NCBI GenBank assembly: GCA_013287265.1
Contig: JABDEC010000004.1
Span: 1,403-65,402, forward strand
Direction of reading: 5' to 3'
Origin: Candidatus Babelota bacterium
Lineage (GTDB): Bacteria; Babelota; Babeliae; Babelales; JABDEC01
Length of the DNA: 64,000 bases
The notes under the pieces are model-generated. The model worked only from the letters and a program-made list of their open reading frames with translations, was not told where the DNA came from and made no database searches. Below are positions 1-22,100 of this stretch, in pieces. The translations under genes were made by a program, and so were the position numbers. Each line of letters starts with the position of its first letter. Position 1 is the stretch's first letter.

Positions 1-1546
<1,546 letters not shown>

Positions 1547-1576
1547 TAAAAATTATATTTAAAAAAAGGAATTGGG

Positions 1577-3583
1577 ATGAAAAATAAATTTTTAATATTT
1601 CTGCTTATTTCTATTCCATTTTTTTATGGTGCAAATTTCCAAAATCTTAAGGGCCAAAATAACCAAAATGTTGATTCTTCATTTGGGCAAGGCTCTGGTT
1701 ATGTTACAACTCAAAATTCTCAAGGTATGTATATCAATAGAATAAGAATTCAAAGTGATGGCAAAATTGTGGCAGTTGGTTATACACAAAACCCAAATAC
1801 TCAAGCAATTATTGTAAGATATAATACTAATGGAACTATTGATACAACATTTGGAACAAATGGAATAATAACAGCAAACATCGGTTCAACTTTATCAACT
1901 ACAGAACTTAGAAATATTGCAATTCAATCGAATGGAAATATTGTTGTTGCCGGGTATACTGCAGATGTCAATTCAAAGTGTATGGCATTAATTGCAAGGT
2001 ATACATCTGCTGGTGCGCTGGATACAACATTCAATTCTCCCAACGGTTATATAACTGCAGTTGCTGGCGAAGGCTCTTTAATTAATTCGGTTATGATCCA
2101 GTCAAATGGTAATATTATTGTCAGCGGGGTTGCGGTGTTTGGCGGATATTCTAACGCATTAATTACAAGATACACATCTGCAGGAGTAATTGATTCAACT
2201 TTTGGCACCGGTGGAGTTGTAACAGCGATAGTTGGAGCGGGTACAAGCATTACTTCATCTGCTTTGGATTCTTCAGGTAACATTTTAATTGCCGGTAATT
2301 ATAAATCAACATTGGGTGAGCAAATAATATTGGCGCGATACACTTCAGCCGGTGCGCTGGATACCACATTTAATTCTCCAAATGGTTATGTGACGAGTTT
2401 AATTGGTAATAGATCAGTTGCAAATAGTATCGCGATTGATTCATCAGGAAATATTTTAGTTGCAGGGTTTGCAAATGTTGCAAATGCTGATCAATTTGTA
2501 ATTGAAAGATATACTTCAGCAGGTGTGCTAGACACCACATTTAATTCGCCAACTGGTTACATTACGAGTTTGGCTGGGAACGCTTCGCGAGCAAATGATA
2601 TCGCAATTCAATCAACTGACGGGAAAATTGTTATTGGCGGTTATATAAATTATTTTATAGATGAAGCAACAATTGCAAGATTTAACACTAATGGAACTTC
2701 TGACACAACTTTTGGAAATGGTGGAGTTATTTCTTTGGCAATTGGAAATGGTTCAAGAATTAATGGAATTGCAATTCAATCTTCTGATGGCAGAACAGTT
2801 GTGGGTGGTTATGAAAAAGATCCCTCAACAAATGAGCAATTTGGTCTTGTCTCTAGATTTAATAAAAATAATACAGATTATATTGTTATTTCAAGTATTG
2901 CTTCCACAATAAGCACAAAAATTCCAGCAGTAACAGGATACGCTTCATTAACTGGCGCAACTGTTTCAGTTTTAGTAAATGGAACTCTATTTGCGACCGG
3001 TACAACTGACCCTGTAACAACGGGTTGGAATATTGGAAATACAAGTGTTTTACCAGTTGGTACAAATACAATTTTGGCAAATTTGAGTTTGACTGGCGCA
3101 ACAATAGTAGGTGATGAAATTGAATTTACTGTTGTTGATAATTTAGGAGAAGATTCTGTTTTGGTTTATAGCACAGCTACACAAACTTTAACGGGTGCAA
3201 ATACTGCAACAAATATTACATTTAATAATGCTCCAATTTTAAATACGTGGCAAAGTAATGGAACTAATACATTAACATGCAAAAAAGCAGGAAAATATTT
3301 AATTACTTATTATATTTTGGGAAATAATACTAGTGCAGTAACGAGTGCCACTATTACAGCAAGAATTACGCAAAATGGAACTGAAATTGCGGGTTCACAA
3401 ACAGGTGAAATTTTGGCAGCGAGTGATTTTAAATTATTAACAAGTGGTGTGATTGTTAATGCTAATGCAAATGATACAATAGTTTTTCAATTTGCCGGCA
3501 GCGCAACAACTGTTCAGCTCGCTCCAACGGGAATTGGATCAACTTTAGTAAGCGCTAAGGCAAGTATAATAAGATTGTCTTGA
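1577..3583 (+). CDS. Secreted delta-60 repeat (DUF5122-type beta-propeller) protein with Ig-like and C-terminal BclA/C1q-like domains, copy 1
   Basis: Signal peptide; repeats of IQSDGKIVAVG...RYNTNGTIDTTFG; tail contains KAGKYLITY. Confidence 0.85.
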   Translation: MKNKFLIFLLISIPFFYGANFQNLKGQNNQNVDSSFGQGSGYVTTQNSQGMYINRIRIQSDGKIVAVGYTQNPNTQAIIVRYNTNGTIDTTFGTNGIITANIGSTLSTTELRNIAIQSNGNIVVAGYTADVNSKCMALIARYTSAGALDTTFNSPNGYITAVAGEGSLINSVMIQSNGNIIVSGVAVFGGYSNALITRYTSAGVIDSTFGTGGVVTAIVGAGTSITSSALDSSGNILIAGNYKSTLGEQIILARYTSAGALDTTFNSPNGYVTSLIGNRSVANSIAIDSSGNILVAGFANVANADQFVIERYTSAGVLDTTFNSPTGYITSLAGNASRANDIAIQSTDGKIVIGGYINYFIDEATIARFNTNGTSDTTFGNGGVISLAIGNGSRINGIAIQSSDGRTVVGGYEKDPSTNEQFGLVSRFNKNNTDYIVISSIASTISTKIPAVTGYASLTGATVSVLVNGTLFATGTTDPVTTGWNIGNTSVLPVGTNTILANLSLTGATIVGDEIEFTVVDNLGEDSVLVYSTATQTLTGANTATNITFNNAPILNTWQSNGTNTLTCKKAGKYLITYYILGNNTSAVTSATITARITQNGTEIAGSQTGEILAASDFKLLTSGVIVNANANDTIVFQFAGSATTVQLAPTGIGSTLVSAKASIIRLS

Positions 3584-3591
3584 AAATAATT

Positions 3592-4731
3592 TTATATGTT
3601 TGTTTTAAATACAATTTTAGTCATTATTAATTTGTTATTTTCCCATTTATAATCAATTGGAAAAATAATAATTTTGTGATTGCCAATTAATTCTGCAACT
3701 TTTGCAAAAAAAGATTGTGATCTGATTAAAATATCACATTGCGCCACATTATAAAGATCTTGGGCAATTCTTTCTTTGTGAGATAAATTTCTATTATCTT
3801 GATAATGAAAAGTAATATTATTTTTATTTACATTTTTTTTAATTTTTTCAACCAAAATTAAAGGATCTTTATCATCTGTAAAAATTTGAACATGCAAAAG
3901 GCAATCTTTTAAATAATCTGAAAGTTTTGTTAATTGATCTATATAAAATTGGTTTGGCGGGCACCTGGTTGGCCATATTAAATCTTGATGTCTTACTTGA
4001 GTATCAAAATTTCTCTCATTTTTTTTTAAATAATAATTTTGGTTGTGGTCTTTGATTGAACCATCAGGTAATCTTTCATACGTATCCCAATTAAATGGAT
4101 AGTAATTATAATTTTCATCATAAATAATTTGTGATTTATCATAATTAAATTCCTGTTGCGAAAATAAAACTCCATCATTGTAAATTCCGCCGCCAGTTCC
4201 TTTTCTTATATGAATGGCCACGGTTAGAATATTTTCTGGAAATAAAAATCTTGTAGGTTGGATTTTGAAACTAAGATCTTTTTTTAAAATATTAATCCAA
4301 TCTTGATTGGTAAAATTTATCTTAGTTAATACATTTGTATATAAAACGGTTTCTTTATTGAAATTCTGTTGAAAAATTTCATATTCATCTTCAATAGAAA
4401 CAAAATTGTATTTTTCAATGATGGATTTTTCAAATTCTTTTTTAAGTTTTTTAATTTCTGCATCATTTTTTGCATTGAAAATAAATTTAGTTTTTATTTT
4501 TGAATTTTCTATTTTTTGTTCTAATGTATGCAGCAAAAATAAGTCTGAATATTCAAACGGCTGATAATAAAATGGAATGTTATATTTTAATGTTAAAATT
4601 TTTGCTAGACAATAAATTATAACATTTTCTCCAAATTGAGAACCAAGTGCATTGGTAATAATAATATCATTTTTTATTACTAAATTTATTAATGAAAATA
4701 AAAAAATTAATATAAATTTTAATTGCTTCAT
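3592..4731 (-). CDS. Putative glycosyltransferase, GT11/alpha-1,2-fucosyltransferase-like
   Basis: GSQFGE N-terminal motif, VAIHIRKG (HxRxG), IFTDD, and DLYNVAQCDILIRSQSFF resembling the DL..M..C...I..NSTFS motif. Confidence 0.6.
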   Translation of the reverse strand: MKQLKFILIFLFSLINLVIKNDIIITNALGSQFGENVIIYCLAKILTLKYNIPFYYQPFEYSDLFLLHTLEQKIENSKIKTKFIFNAKNDAEIKKLKKEFEKSIIEKYNFVSIEDEYEIFQQNFNKETVLYTNVLTKINFTNQDWINILKKDLSFKIQPTRFLFPENILTVAIHIRKGTGGGIYNDGVLFSQQEFNYDKSQIIYDENYNYYPFNWDTYERLPDGSIKDHNQNYYLKKNERNFDTQVRHQDLIWPTRCPPNQFYIDQLTKLSDYLKDCLLHVQIFTDDKDPLILVEKIKKNVNKNNITFHYQDNRNLSHKERIAQDLYNVAQCDILIRSQSFFAKVAELIGNHKIIIFPIDYKWENNKLIMTKIVFKTNI

Positions 4732-4826
4732 ATTGTAAAAATTTTAAGTTTAAACATAATTTTGACATCTTTTTTTTTTATGCATAGCTTGACATTAATG
4801 TTTATTTTAAAAAAAAAGGAGAATCT

Positions 4827-6869
4827 ATGATTCAAAAGTTTCAGAAAAAATTTTTTACAATTTTGTTGCTGACCGCTTTAAATTTATCAGCAACTATTGA
4901 TTATCTTGATACGACATTTGGGCCCAATGCAAATGGAATTGTAACTACAATTTTAAATACTTCATCATCCATTGGTGGGATAACAACAAATGCAAGCGGA
5001 CAAATAATTGCAGTGGGTTCTACTTATATAAATAATGTTCAAAATTTAGTTGCTGCAAGATACAATTCAAACGGAGCTATAGATACTACTTTTGCAACTA
5101 GCGGTGTATTTACATCATTGGCAAATTCAACTTCTGCAGTTGCTAATGCAGTGACGGTTGATAGCAGTAGTAGAATAATCATCGTTGGTGGAAATGCAAA
5201 TGCAGTTGTGGTGATTCGTTTAACAACAACAGGCGTACTTGATTCAACATTTGGAACAGGTGGTATAGTAACACTTACCCCTGGCGGAAATGTAGGGGAA
5301 GCAAGTTCGGTTATAATTGATGCCAATGGAAAAATTTTGATTTGCGGTGCATCAAATAGCCAAATGCTTATAGCTAGATTTAATACAAACGGAACAATAG
5401 ATACAACATTTAACACCACAGGATATAATTTAGTAACGGTAAATGGTAATGATACAGGTAATTCTATAACTATTGATCAAAATGCAAAAATAGTGATTGG
5501 CGGTTCAACAATTGGTGGTGGTGGAACAAATTTCTCAATTGTTAGATTAACAAGCGCAGGTGTGGTTGATACAACATTTGGCACAAGTGGTTCAGTTGTA
5601 ACACAAATTCCAAGTGAAAATAATAATTCAGTTCAATCAATTATGATTGATTCCTCAAATCGTATAATTGCAGCGGGTTATGGCAGTGTTCCCGGAACAA
5701 ATGCAGTCTTTGCATTGGCGCGTTATTCAAATGCCGGCGTAATAGATACAACTTTTGGCACGGGCGGCACAGGAATAGTAACAACTTCAATTGGTGTAGT
5801 GGCACAAATATTTGGTGCAACACTAGATCAAAGTGGAAATATATTTACTGCAGGACTTTCAGATAATCAAGTTGCCGCAGCAAGATATACACCAAACGGA
5901 TCACTCGATACAACTTTTGGCATTAGTGGGATTATAACAACAACCGTTAATTCTAATGGTTCACAAATGAATGCTGTAACAGTTCAAGCATCTGATGGCA
6001 GAGTTGTTGCAGGAGGTTTTGAAACATTAGATGTAAATACCGGGGATCAAGCTTTTGCATTAATAAGATACAATAAAAATAATACTGATTTTGTTAATAT
6101 AACAAGTATAGCCAATAACGGTTCAGTTAATACAAAAATTCCTGTTGTTTCCGGTACATCCAGTGGAACAACAAGCCCTCAAGCATCAGTACAGGTTATA
6201 GTTAATGGTGTAACATTAACTACCGTGAATACAGATTCTTCCGGAAATTGGAATGCTGGTAACACTAATGTACTTCCAGTTGGATTAAATACAATTCAGG
6301 TAAATTTAATTATCAGTTCAGTTGTAGTTGTTTCACATGTAACTTTATTTACTGTAATAGATAACTTAGGTGAGGATGCTGTTTTTGCATATAATTCAAC
6401 AAGTCAAACAAAAACAACTTCAACATTTACATCTCTTCCATTTAATAATTTAGTACTTGGTACATCAGGGAGCGGATCAGTTGGAACTTGGGCATATAAT
6501 AGTGGCACAAATACATTTACCTGTAATAAATCCGGTAGATATCAACTTACTTACCACGGTTGTGGAGGATTAACAGCTGTTGGTTCTGGAGCTACTGCAA
6601 TTAACGTTGCAACAGCTCTATTTATTAATGGATCAGAATATTTAGGAAGCGAAAATAATTCAAATATTGATGTATTAACTGTAAGTTCTGTTACAAATAT
6701 TTTGGCAAAAGGTTTAGTTAAGGATTTAAATGCAGGAGATACAATTACTCTTCAATACGGTATTACAATTACTGGTTCTACTTCTACTTACGCTCCTGGT
6801 TTAATTGTTAACCCAAATTCTTCCGGTACGCAGAATGCATATTCAATTGCAATTATGAGAATTAGCTAA
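4827..6869 (+). CDS. Secreted delta-60 repeat protein with Ig-like and BclA/C1q-like domains, copy 2
   Basis: Same architecture as copy 1; shared linker RYNKNNTDF; RBS-like GGGAGA upstream. Confidence 0.85.
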   Translation: MIQKFQKKFFTILLLTALNLSATIDYLDTTFGPNANGIVTTILNTSSSIGGITTNASGQIIAVGSTYINNVQNLVAARYNSNGAIDTTFATSGVFTSLANSTSAVANAVTVDSSSRIIIVGGNANAVVVIRLTTTGVLDSTFGTGGIVTLTPGGNVGEASSVIIDANGKILICGASNSQMLIARFNTNGTIDTTFNTTGYNLVTVNGNDTGNSITIDQNAKIVIGGSTIGGGGTNFSIVRLTSAGVVDTTFGTSGSVVTQIPSENNNSVQSIMIDSSNRIIAAGYGSVPGTNAVFALARYSNAGVIDTTFGTGGTGIVTTSIGVVAQIFGATLDQSGNIFTAGLSDNQVAAARYTPNGSLDTTFGISGIITTTVNSNGSQMNAVTVQASDGRVVAGGFETLDVNTGDQAFALIRYNKNNTDFVNITSIANNGSVNTKIPVVSGTSSGTTSPQASVQVIVNGVTLTTVNTDSSGNWNAGNTNVLPVGLNTIQVNLIISSVVVVSHVTLFTVIDNLGEDAVFAYNSTSQTKTTSTFTSLPFNNLVLGTSGSGSVGTWAYNSGTNTFTCNKSGRYQLTYHGCGGLTAVGSGATAINVATALFINGSEYLGSENNSNIDVLTVSSVTNILAKGLVKDLNAGDTITLQYGITITGSTSTYAPGLIVNPNSSGTQNAYSIAIMRIS

Positions 6870-6877
6870 TTTAATTT

Positions 6878-6912
6878 GGAGCTACAAGCTTATGTTTGTA
6901 GTTCCTTTTTTT
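6878..6912 (+). terminator. Rho-independent terminator
   Basis: GGAGCTACAAGC-TTAT-GTTTGTAGTTCC hairpin followed by a T run. Confidence 0.7.
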
Positions 6913-6925
6913 AAGGAAATATTTT

Positions 6926-8950
6926 ATGATTCAAAAAAAAAATAAAAAACAAAAAATATTATTGATATTTAATATTTTTTTTAATTTTTTTACTTTTTCA
7001 AACGCAACAATAGATTTTTTAGATACAACTTTTGGCGCAAATGCAAATGGAATTGTAACAACGAATATCGGTGCATCTGCAAAAATTAATAGTATTACTA
7101 TTGATTCTCTTTTTAAGATAATTGCTGCAGGTTATAATGTAACTCCAAATAACATACAAAATTTAATTGTGGCACGTTATCTTTCAAATGGAACTTTAGA
7201 TAATGTTTTTGGAACAAATGGAATTGTCACAACAGCTTCTGGCTTATCTTCACCTGTTGCTAATGCTGTTACAACGGATGCAAGTGGCAACATTGTGGTT
7301 GTTGGTTCAACGATTGTTTCCTCAGTAAATAATTTATTAGTAATTAGGTATCTTCCTACAGGCCAACTCGATTTAAATTTTGGAACCGGTGGTAAAGTTA
7401 TAAAATTAGTTGGAACCAGCGTAGTTGGAAATTCGGTAGTCGTAGACAGTAATGGAAAAATCGTAATTGCATGCACATCCGTAATTAGTTCAAAAGATAA
7501 TCTTACAGTTGTTCGTTTAAATTCTAACGGAACCGTTGATTCTACTTTTGGAACAGCCGGTGTGAAATCAATTACTGCTGGAAATGGATACACAGGCAAT
7601 TCAATAAAAATTGATGTAAATGCAAAAATTGTAGTAGGTGGTTCTGCAATTATTTCTACTGGATCAAATTTGTTACTTGCTCGTTTGAATGCTATAAATG
7701 GCGCCGCAGATACCACATTTGGCACTAACGGCGTTGTTACAACGGCAATTGCAGGTAATTCTACAAGTGTTATAAATTCAATTTCAATTGATTCTTCAAA
7801 TAAAATTGTTGCGGGTGGATATGCGGGAAGTAGTACTGTAAGTAATTTTACGGTTGCGCGCTATAACACAAATGGAACACTTGATACTTCATTTGCTACA
7901 AATTTAAGCGGAATTCAAATTAACCCAATTGGTTCTAATTCGCAAATAGATTCAGTTGCCATTGATTTAAATTCTAAAATTGTGGCAGGTGGATTTTCAG
8001 ATTATACTTTTGCGCTTGCAAGATATAATATCAATGGATCATTGGATACTACTTTTGGAAATTCTGGAGTATTATTAACTTCAATTGGAAATAAATCTCA
8101 AATAAATTCAATTAAAGTTCAAGGTTCAGATGGTAGAATTATTGCGGCTGGTTTTGAAAATGATTTGGTAACAAACAATCCTCAATTTGCGCTCGTAAGA
8201 TATAATAAAAACAATACTGATTTTATTAATATTACAAGTTTGATTGATAACAGTATTATTGACACAAAAACTCCAATTGTTTCCGGTACATCATCAGGAT
8301 CAAATGCACAAGTTCAAGTTCTAACCAATGGCAATTTAATTAAAACTGTTTCAACAGATGTGAATGGAAATTGGGATGCAGGAATAACAAATATTTTGCA
8401 ACCTGGTTTAAACGTAATAAGAGTAAATTTAGTTGTAAATTCACAAATTGTTATATCGCATGTTAGCAATGTAACAATATTAGATAATTTTAGTGATGAC
8501 GCATTATTTGTTTATGGCTCACAATCACAAACTTCAGCAACTTCTTCATACTCCCCGATTCCTTTTGATAATTTGGTAAGATTAGGAACTTGGACATATT
8601 CAAATTCAAAGTTTAAATGCAATCAAGCGGGAGCTTATTTAATACAATATACTGCAAATGCAGGAGTTAGTGAAAACATTACTACAATCGATATTGGAAC
8701 AAATATTGCAATCAATTCAATTGAATATTTAGGAAGTGAATCAAATGCAGGAATTGATTTTGGGACCAATTTAACAAAAACTTTAACAAGAAGTTTTGTA
8801 AAACAAATGAATTCTGGTGATTTATTAACATTTAATTTGGCTGTAAATATTTCAGGCGGTGGCTCAGGATTTACTGCAGGATTAATGCAAGATCCAAACG
8901 CAGTTGGCACGCAACCTGTTTATTCATTAACAATTACAAGAATTTCATAA
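6926..8950 (+). CDS. Secreted delta-60 repeat protein with Ig-like and BclA/C1q-like domains, copy 3
   Basis: Paralog of copies 1 and 2 (ATIDFLDTTFGANANGIVTT, RYNKNNTDF). Confidence 0.85.
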   Translation: MIQKKNKKQKILLIFNIFFNFFTFSNATIDFLDTTFGANANGIVTTNIGASAKINSITIDSLFKIIAAGYNVTPNNIQNLIVARYLSNGTLDNVFGTNGIVTTASGLSSPVANAVTTDASGNIVVVGSTIVSSVNNLLVIRYLPTGQLDLNFGTGGKVIKLVGTSVVGNSVVVDSNGKIVIACTSVISSKDNLTVVRLNSNGTVDSTFGTAGVKSITAGNGYTGNSIKIDVNAKIVVGGSAIISTGSNLLLARLNAINGAADTTFGTNGVVTTAIAGNSTSVINSISIDSSNKIVAGGYAGSSTVSNFTVARYNTNGTLDTSFATNLSGIQINPIGSNSQIDSVAIDLNSKIVAGGFSDYTFALARYNINGSLDTTFGNSGVLLTSIGNKSQINSIKVQGSDGRIIAAGFENDLVTNNPQFALVRYNKNNTDFINITSLIDNSIIDTKTPIVSGTSSGSNAQVQVLTNGNLIKTVSTDVNGNWDAGITNILQPGLNVIRVNLVVNSQIVISHVSNVTILDNFSDDALFVYGSQSQTSATSSYSPIPFDNLVRLGTWTYSNSKFKCNQAGAYLIQYTANAGVSENITTIDIGTNIAINSIEYLGSESNAGIDFGTNLTKTLTRSFVKQMNSGDLLTFNLAVNISGGGSGFTAGLMQDPNAVGTQPVYSLTITRIS

Positions 8951-8956
8951 GAAAAT

Positions 8957-8981
8957 AAAGCCCGGTTTTACCGGGCTTTTT
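8957..8981 (+). terminator. Rho-independent terminator
   Basis: AAAGCCCGGT-TTT-ACCGGGCTTTT. Confidence 0.8.
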
Positions 8982-8993
8982 AATATAAAAAAC

Positions 8994-9584
8994 ATGATTT
9001 TAGATATGTATTTTTTATTTGTTACAAAAATTTTGTTAACAATATTTGCTGCAATTTTAATTCCTGTTTATTGGAAAAATTATGGACCAACTAATTTTTT
9101 GTGGTTGTCGGATATAAGTTTATTTTTAACTTTGTTTGCTCTTTGGGTTAATTATTCATTATTTACAAGTATAGCAATGGTTGGAATTTTTCCGTTTGAA
9201 TTGGCTTGGAATTTAGATTTTTTTCTTCATTTATTTACCGGAAAAAATTTAATACATATTGCAGATTACATGTTTGAAAGAAAATATTCTTTATTTTTAA
9301 AATCACTTTCTTTATTTCATGTAATTTTGCCGCCATTGTGGATTTTTTTGCTTTATAAATTTGGTTACAACCAAAATGCTTTTTTATATTCGATATTTTT
9401 AATTTGGATTATTTTAATTTTGACTTATTTATTTACTGATCCAAAGAAAAATATAAATTGGGTTTTTATGCCGAAAATAAATCATTGGAAAATTTCTGAA
9501 TTTATTTGGTTGATAATTTTAATGATAGGTTTTCCTATTTTTGTTTTTTTACCAATGCATGTAATTTTAAAAAGAATTTTTTAG
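8994..9584 (+). CDS. Integral membrane protein (about 6 TM), function unknown
   Basis: Hydrophobic segments; motifs NFLWLSDI, SLFH, NINWVF. Confidence 0.7.
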   Translation: MILDMYFLFVTKILLTIFAAILIPVYWKNYGPTNFLWLSDISLFLTLFALWVNYSLFTSIAMVGIFPFELAWNLDFFLHLFTGKNLIHIADYMFERKYSLFLKSLSLFHVILPPLWIFLLYKFGYNQNAFLYSIFLIWIILILTYLFTDPKKNINWVFMPKINHWKISEFIWLIILMIGFPIFVFLPMHVILKRIF

Positions 9585-9599
9585 CATTTGCTTTTATAA

Positions 9600-19138
<9,539 letters not shown>

Positions 19139-19140
19139 TT

Positions 19141-22100
19141 ATGAAAAATATTATTAAATATCATTTATTTTTTTTATCAATTAATTTTATGTTTTCATCT
19201 GAATTGCAAAAAAATGAAGATTTAATTAATAAAAGTTTTCAACAAAATTTAAATGAAGTTATAAGAGGCGGTGTTTATAACAATTTATTAATTTACGAAG
19301 GAAGTGAATTAATAAAACAAAATTTGCAAGTTGATGGAAATGAAGTTATTTTGGGAAATTTATTGGTTGGTGGAACCATTAATGGCATGGTTTCAGTTGG
19401 TGGAACAGGTGCAACTGGAACAACTGGTACAACAGGTTCATCAGGAGGTATTGGCACAACTGGTACGACTGGGTTTGCAGCTTTAGGCACAACCGGATCG
19501 ACTGGTCAAACTGGAACAACTGGTTCAACCGGTACAACTGGACAAACAGGAGTAACGGGCTCAACTGGTAGTAATCAAACTGGTTCAACTGGAATTGGTA
19601 TTACAGGATCTACCGGCAATTCCGGATTATCAATAATCGGAACAACAGGAACAACCGGAACAACCGGATCAACAGGATCAACAGGATCAACTGGAGATAC
19701 TGGAGCAACAGGAGTAGGGATTACCGGAACTATTGGTTTTTTGGGATTTGCAACCGTAGGAACTACAGGATCAACTGGATCATCCGGATCAACTGGATTT
19801 TCAGGTTTTACTGGTTCAACAGGAGCAACAGGTATACCAATTACAGGAAGTTCTGGTTCAACAGGAAGTTCAACAACGGGTATTTCAGGAACCGTTGGTT
19901 CAACTGGAATAACAGGAACATCTGGAACAATTGGAGTAGCTGGAACAGATGCAGTCGGAACAACTGCTACAACTGGTCAAACGGGAAATTCTACAACAGG
20001 AACAACCGGTACAACAGGTTTTAGTGGAACAACAGGAACAACCGGAACGACAGGATCAACCGGTGATACCGGAATTGCAATTGCAGGCTCAACTGGTCAA
20101 ACGGGAAATTCTACAACAGGAACAACCGGTACAACAGGTTTTAGTGGAACAACAGGAACAACCGGAACGACAGGATCAACCGGTGATACCGGAATTGCAA
20201 TTGCAGGCTCAACAGGTCAAACTGGGAATTCCTCAACAGGAACAACAGGAACAACGGGTTTTAGTGGAACAACTGGTTTTACTGCTACAACAGGATCTAC
20301 TGGTGATACCGGAACAGCAACTATAGGCACAACTGGGCAAACTGGAAATTCAACAACAGGAACAACTGGATCTACAGGTTTCAGTGGAACAACGGGTTTT
20401 ACCGGTTCAACAGGATCTACTGGAGATACAGGAATAGCAACTATAGGTACAACGGGGCAAACTGGAAATTCAACAACAGGAACAACTGGATCTATCGGTT
20501 TTAGTGGAACAACGGGTACAAATGGGTCTGTTGGATTTACTGGAGAAAGTGGTATTGCTACTACAGGAACAACTGGATCTACAGGAGATACCGGATCAAC
20601 AGGCTCAACAGGATTTACGGGCCAAACAGGTGATACAGGTTTTGCGGGAACGACAGGAGCCACGGGTCCAACTGGCGCGGGTATTTTAGGTTTGTCAGGA
20701 TTTACCGGAACAACAGGCTCGACGGGAATCACAGGAATTACCGGACAAACTGGCGATACTGGGACGACGGGATCAACTGGAATTACGGGCTCAACCGGAA
20801 TCGGAACGTCAGGAACCACTGGAACAACGGGAGGTAATTTTTCAGGTTCAACAGGAACAACCGGCTCAACTGGTCAAACTGGTGACACAGGTTTAACGGG
20901 AACAACTGGGTTTACCGGTTTTGGATTAACCGGATCAACTGGTTCTATTGGAAATACAACAACTGGTTCAACTGGTTTTACTGGTAATTCAGGAATGACT
21001 GGAACAACAGGCACAACTGGTTCAACCGGATTTACAGGAACTGCTGGGATTGTTGGGACAACTGGAACAACTGGTGGTAATACGACCGGTACGACTGGGC
21101 AAACGGGCGATACAGGACTAACGGGAATTTTCGGAACATCAGGTACCACGGGAACAACTGGAATTGTTGGAACAACAGGAACATCGGGTAATACGGGTTT
21201 AACAGGTTCTACAGGAACAATTGGTACTCAAGGTTTTAATGGAACTTTCGGAACTACAGGAACAATTGGGCAAAATGGAACTTTTGGAACTTCCGGAACT
21301 ACAGGGACCACCGGTTTTACTGGAATTACTGGAACTTCAGGATCAACAGGATTTACGGGTACTACAGGATCAACAGGAAATTCCGGAAATACGGGAAATA
21401 CAGGGACAACAGGTAGCATTGGCACTGCAGGAACTACGGGAACAACTGGATTTACAGGATTTACAGGCTCAACTGGGCAAACGGGTTTAACAGGTTTGAC
21501 GGGCACAATTGGAACAGTTGGTTCAACGGGTTTGAGTGGAACGACCGGCTCAATCGGAACAACTGGATCAACCGGAATAACTGGATTTAGTGGAATTACA
21601 GGTTCAACGGGTTTTACGGGTTCAACCGGCACAACAGGAACTACGGGACAAAGTGGTTTTACAGGTAAAACAGGTTCTACGGGAATTACAGGTTCAACAG
21701 GTTCAACGGGTTTAAGCGGAACATCGGGCCTAACGGGAACATTAACTTCTGAAGTTTCTTTTAATTTTCAACCAAGTACAGATCCGACTTTCAAAGAATT
21801 TACATATGAAAATGGCGGAAATCCTTTTGGGACAAATACATATTTAACGACAGGAGTTACGTTTAATAGAATTAATGCAAAATTTATAGCATCAATAACG
21901 GGACAAAATATTTTTACTGTTGAGAAAAACAAATTAAATCTTTGGTCATTTGGAGGTGGTGGAACAAATTCATTAGCTTATAGCTTAGACGGGATAAATT
22001 GGACGTTAGTTCCAAATTCATCATCAATATTTAATAGTGCTTTTGGAATCGAATGGAATGGACAAAGATTTGTTGCTGTAGGGACTAGTCCTTTTACTAT

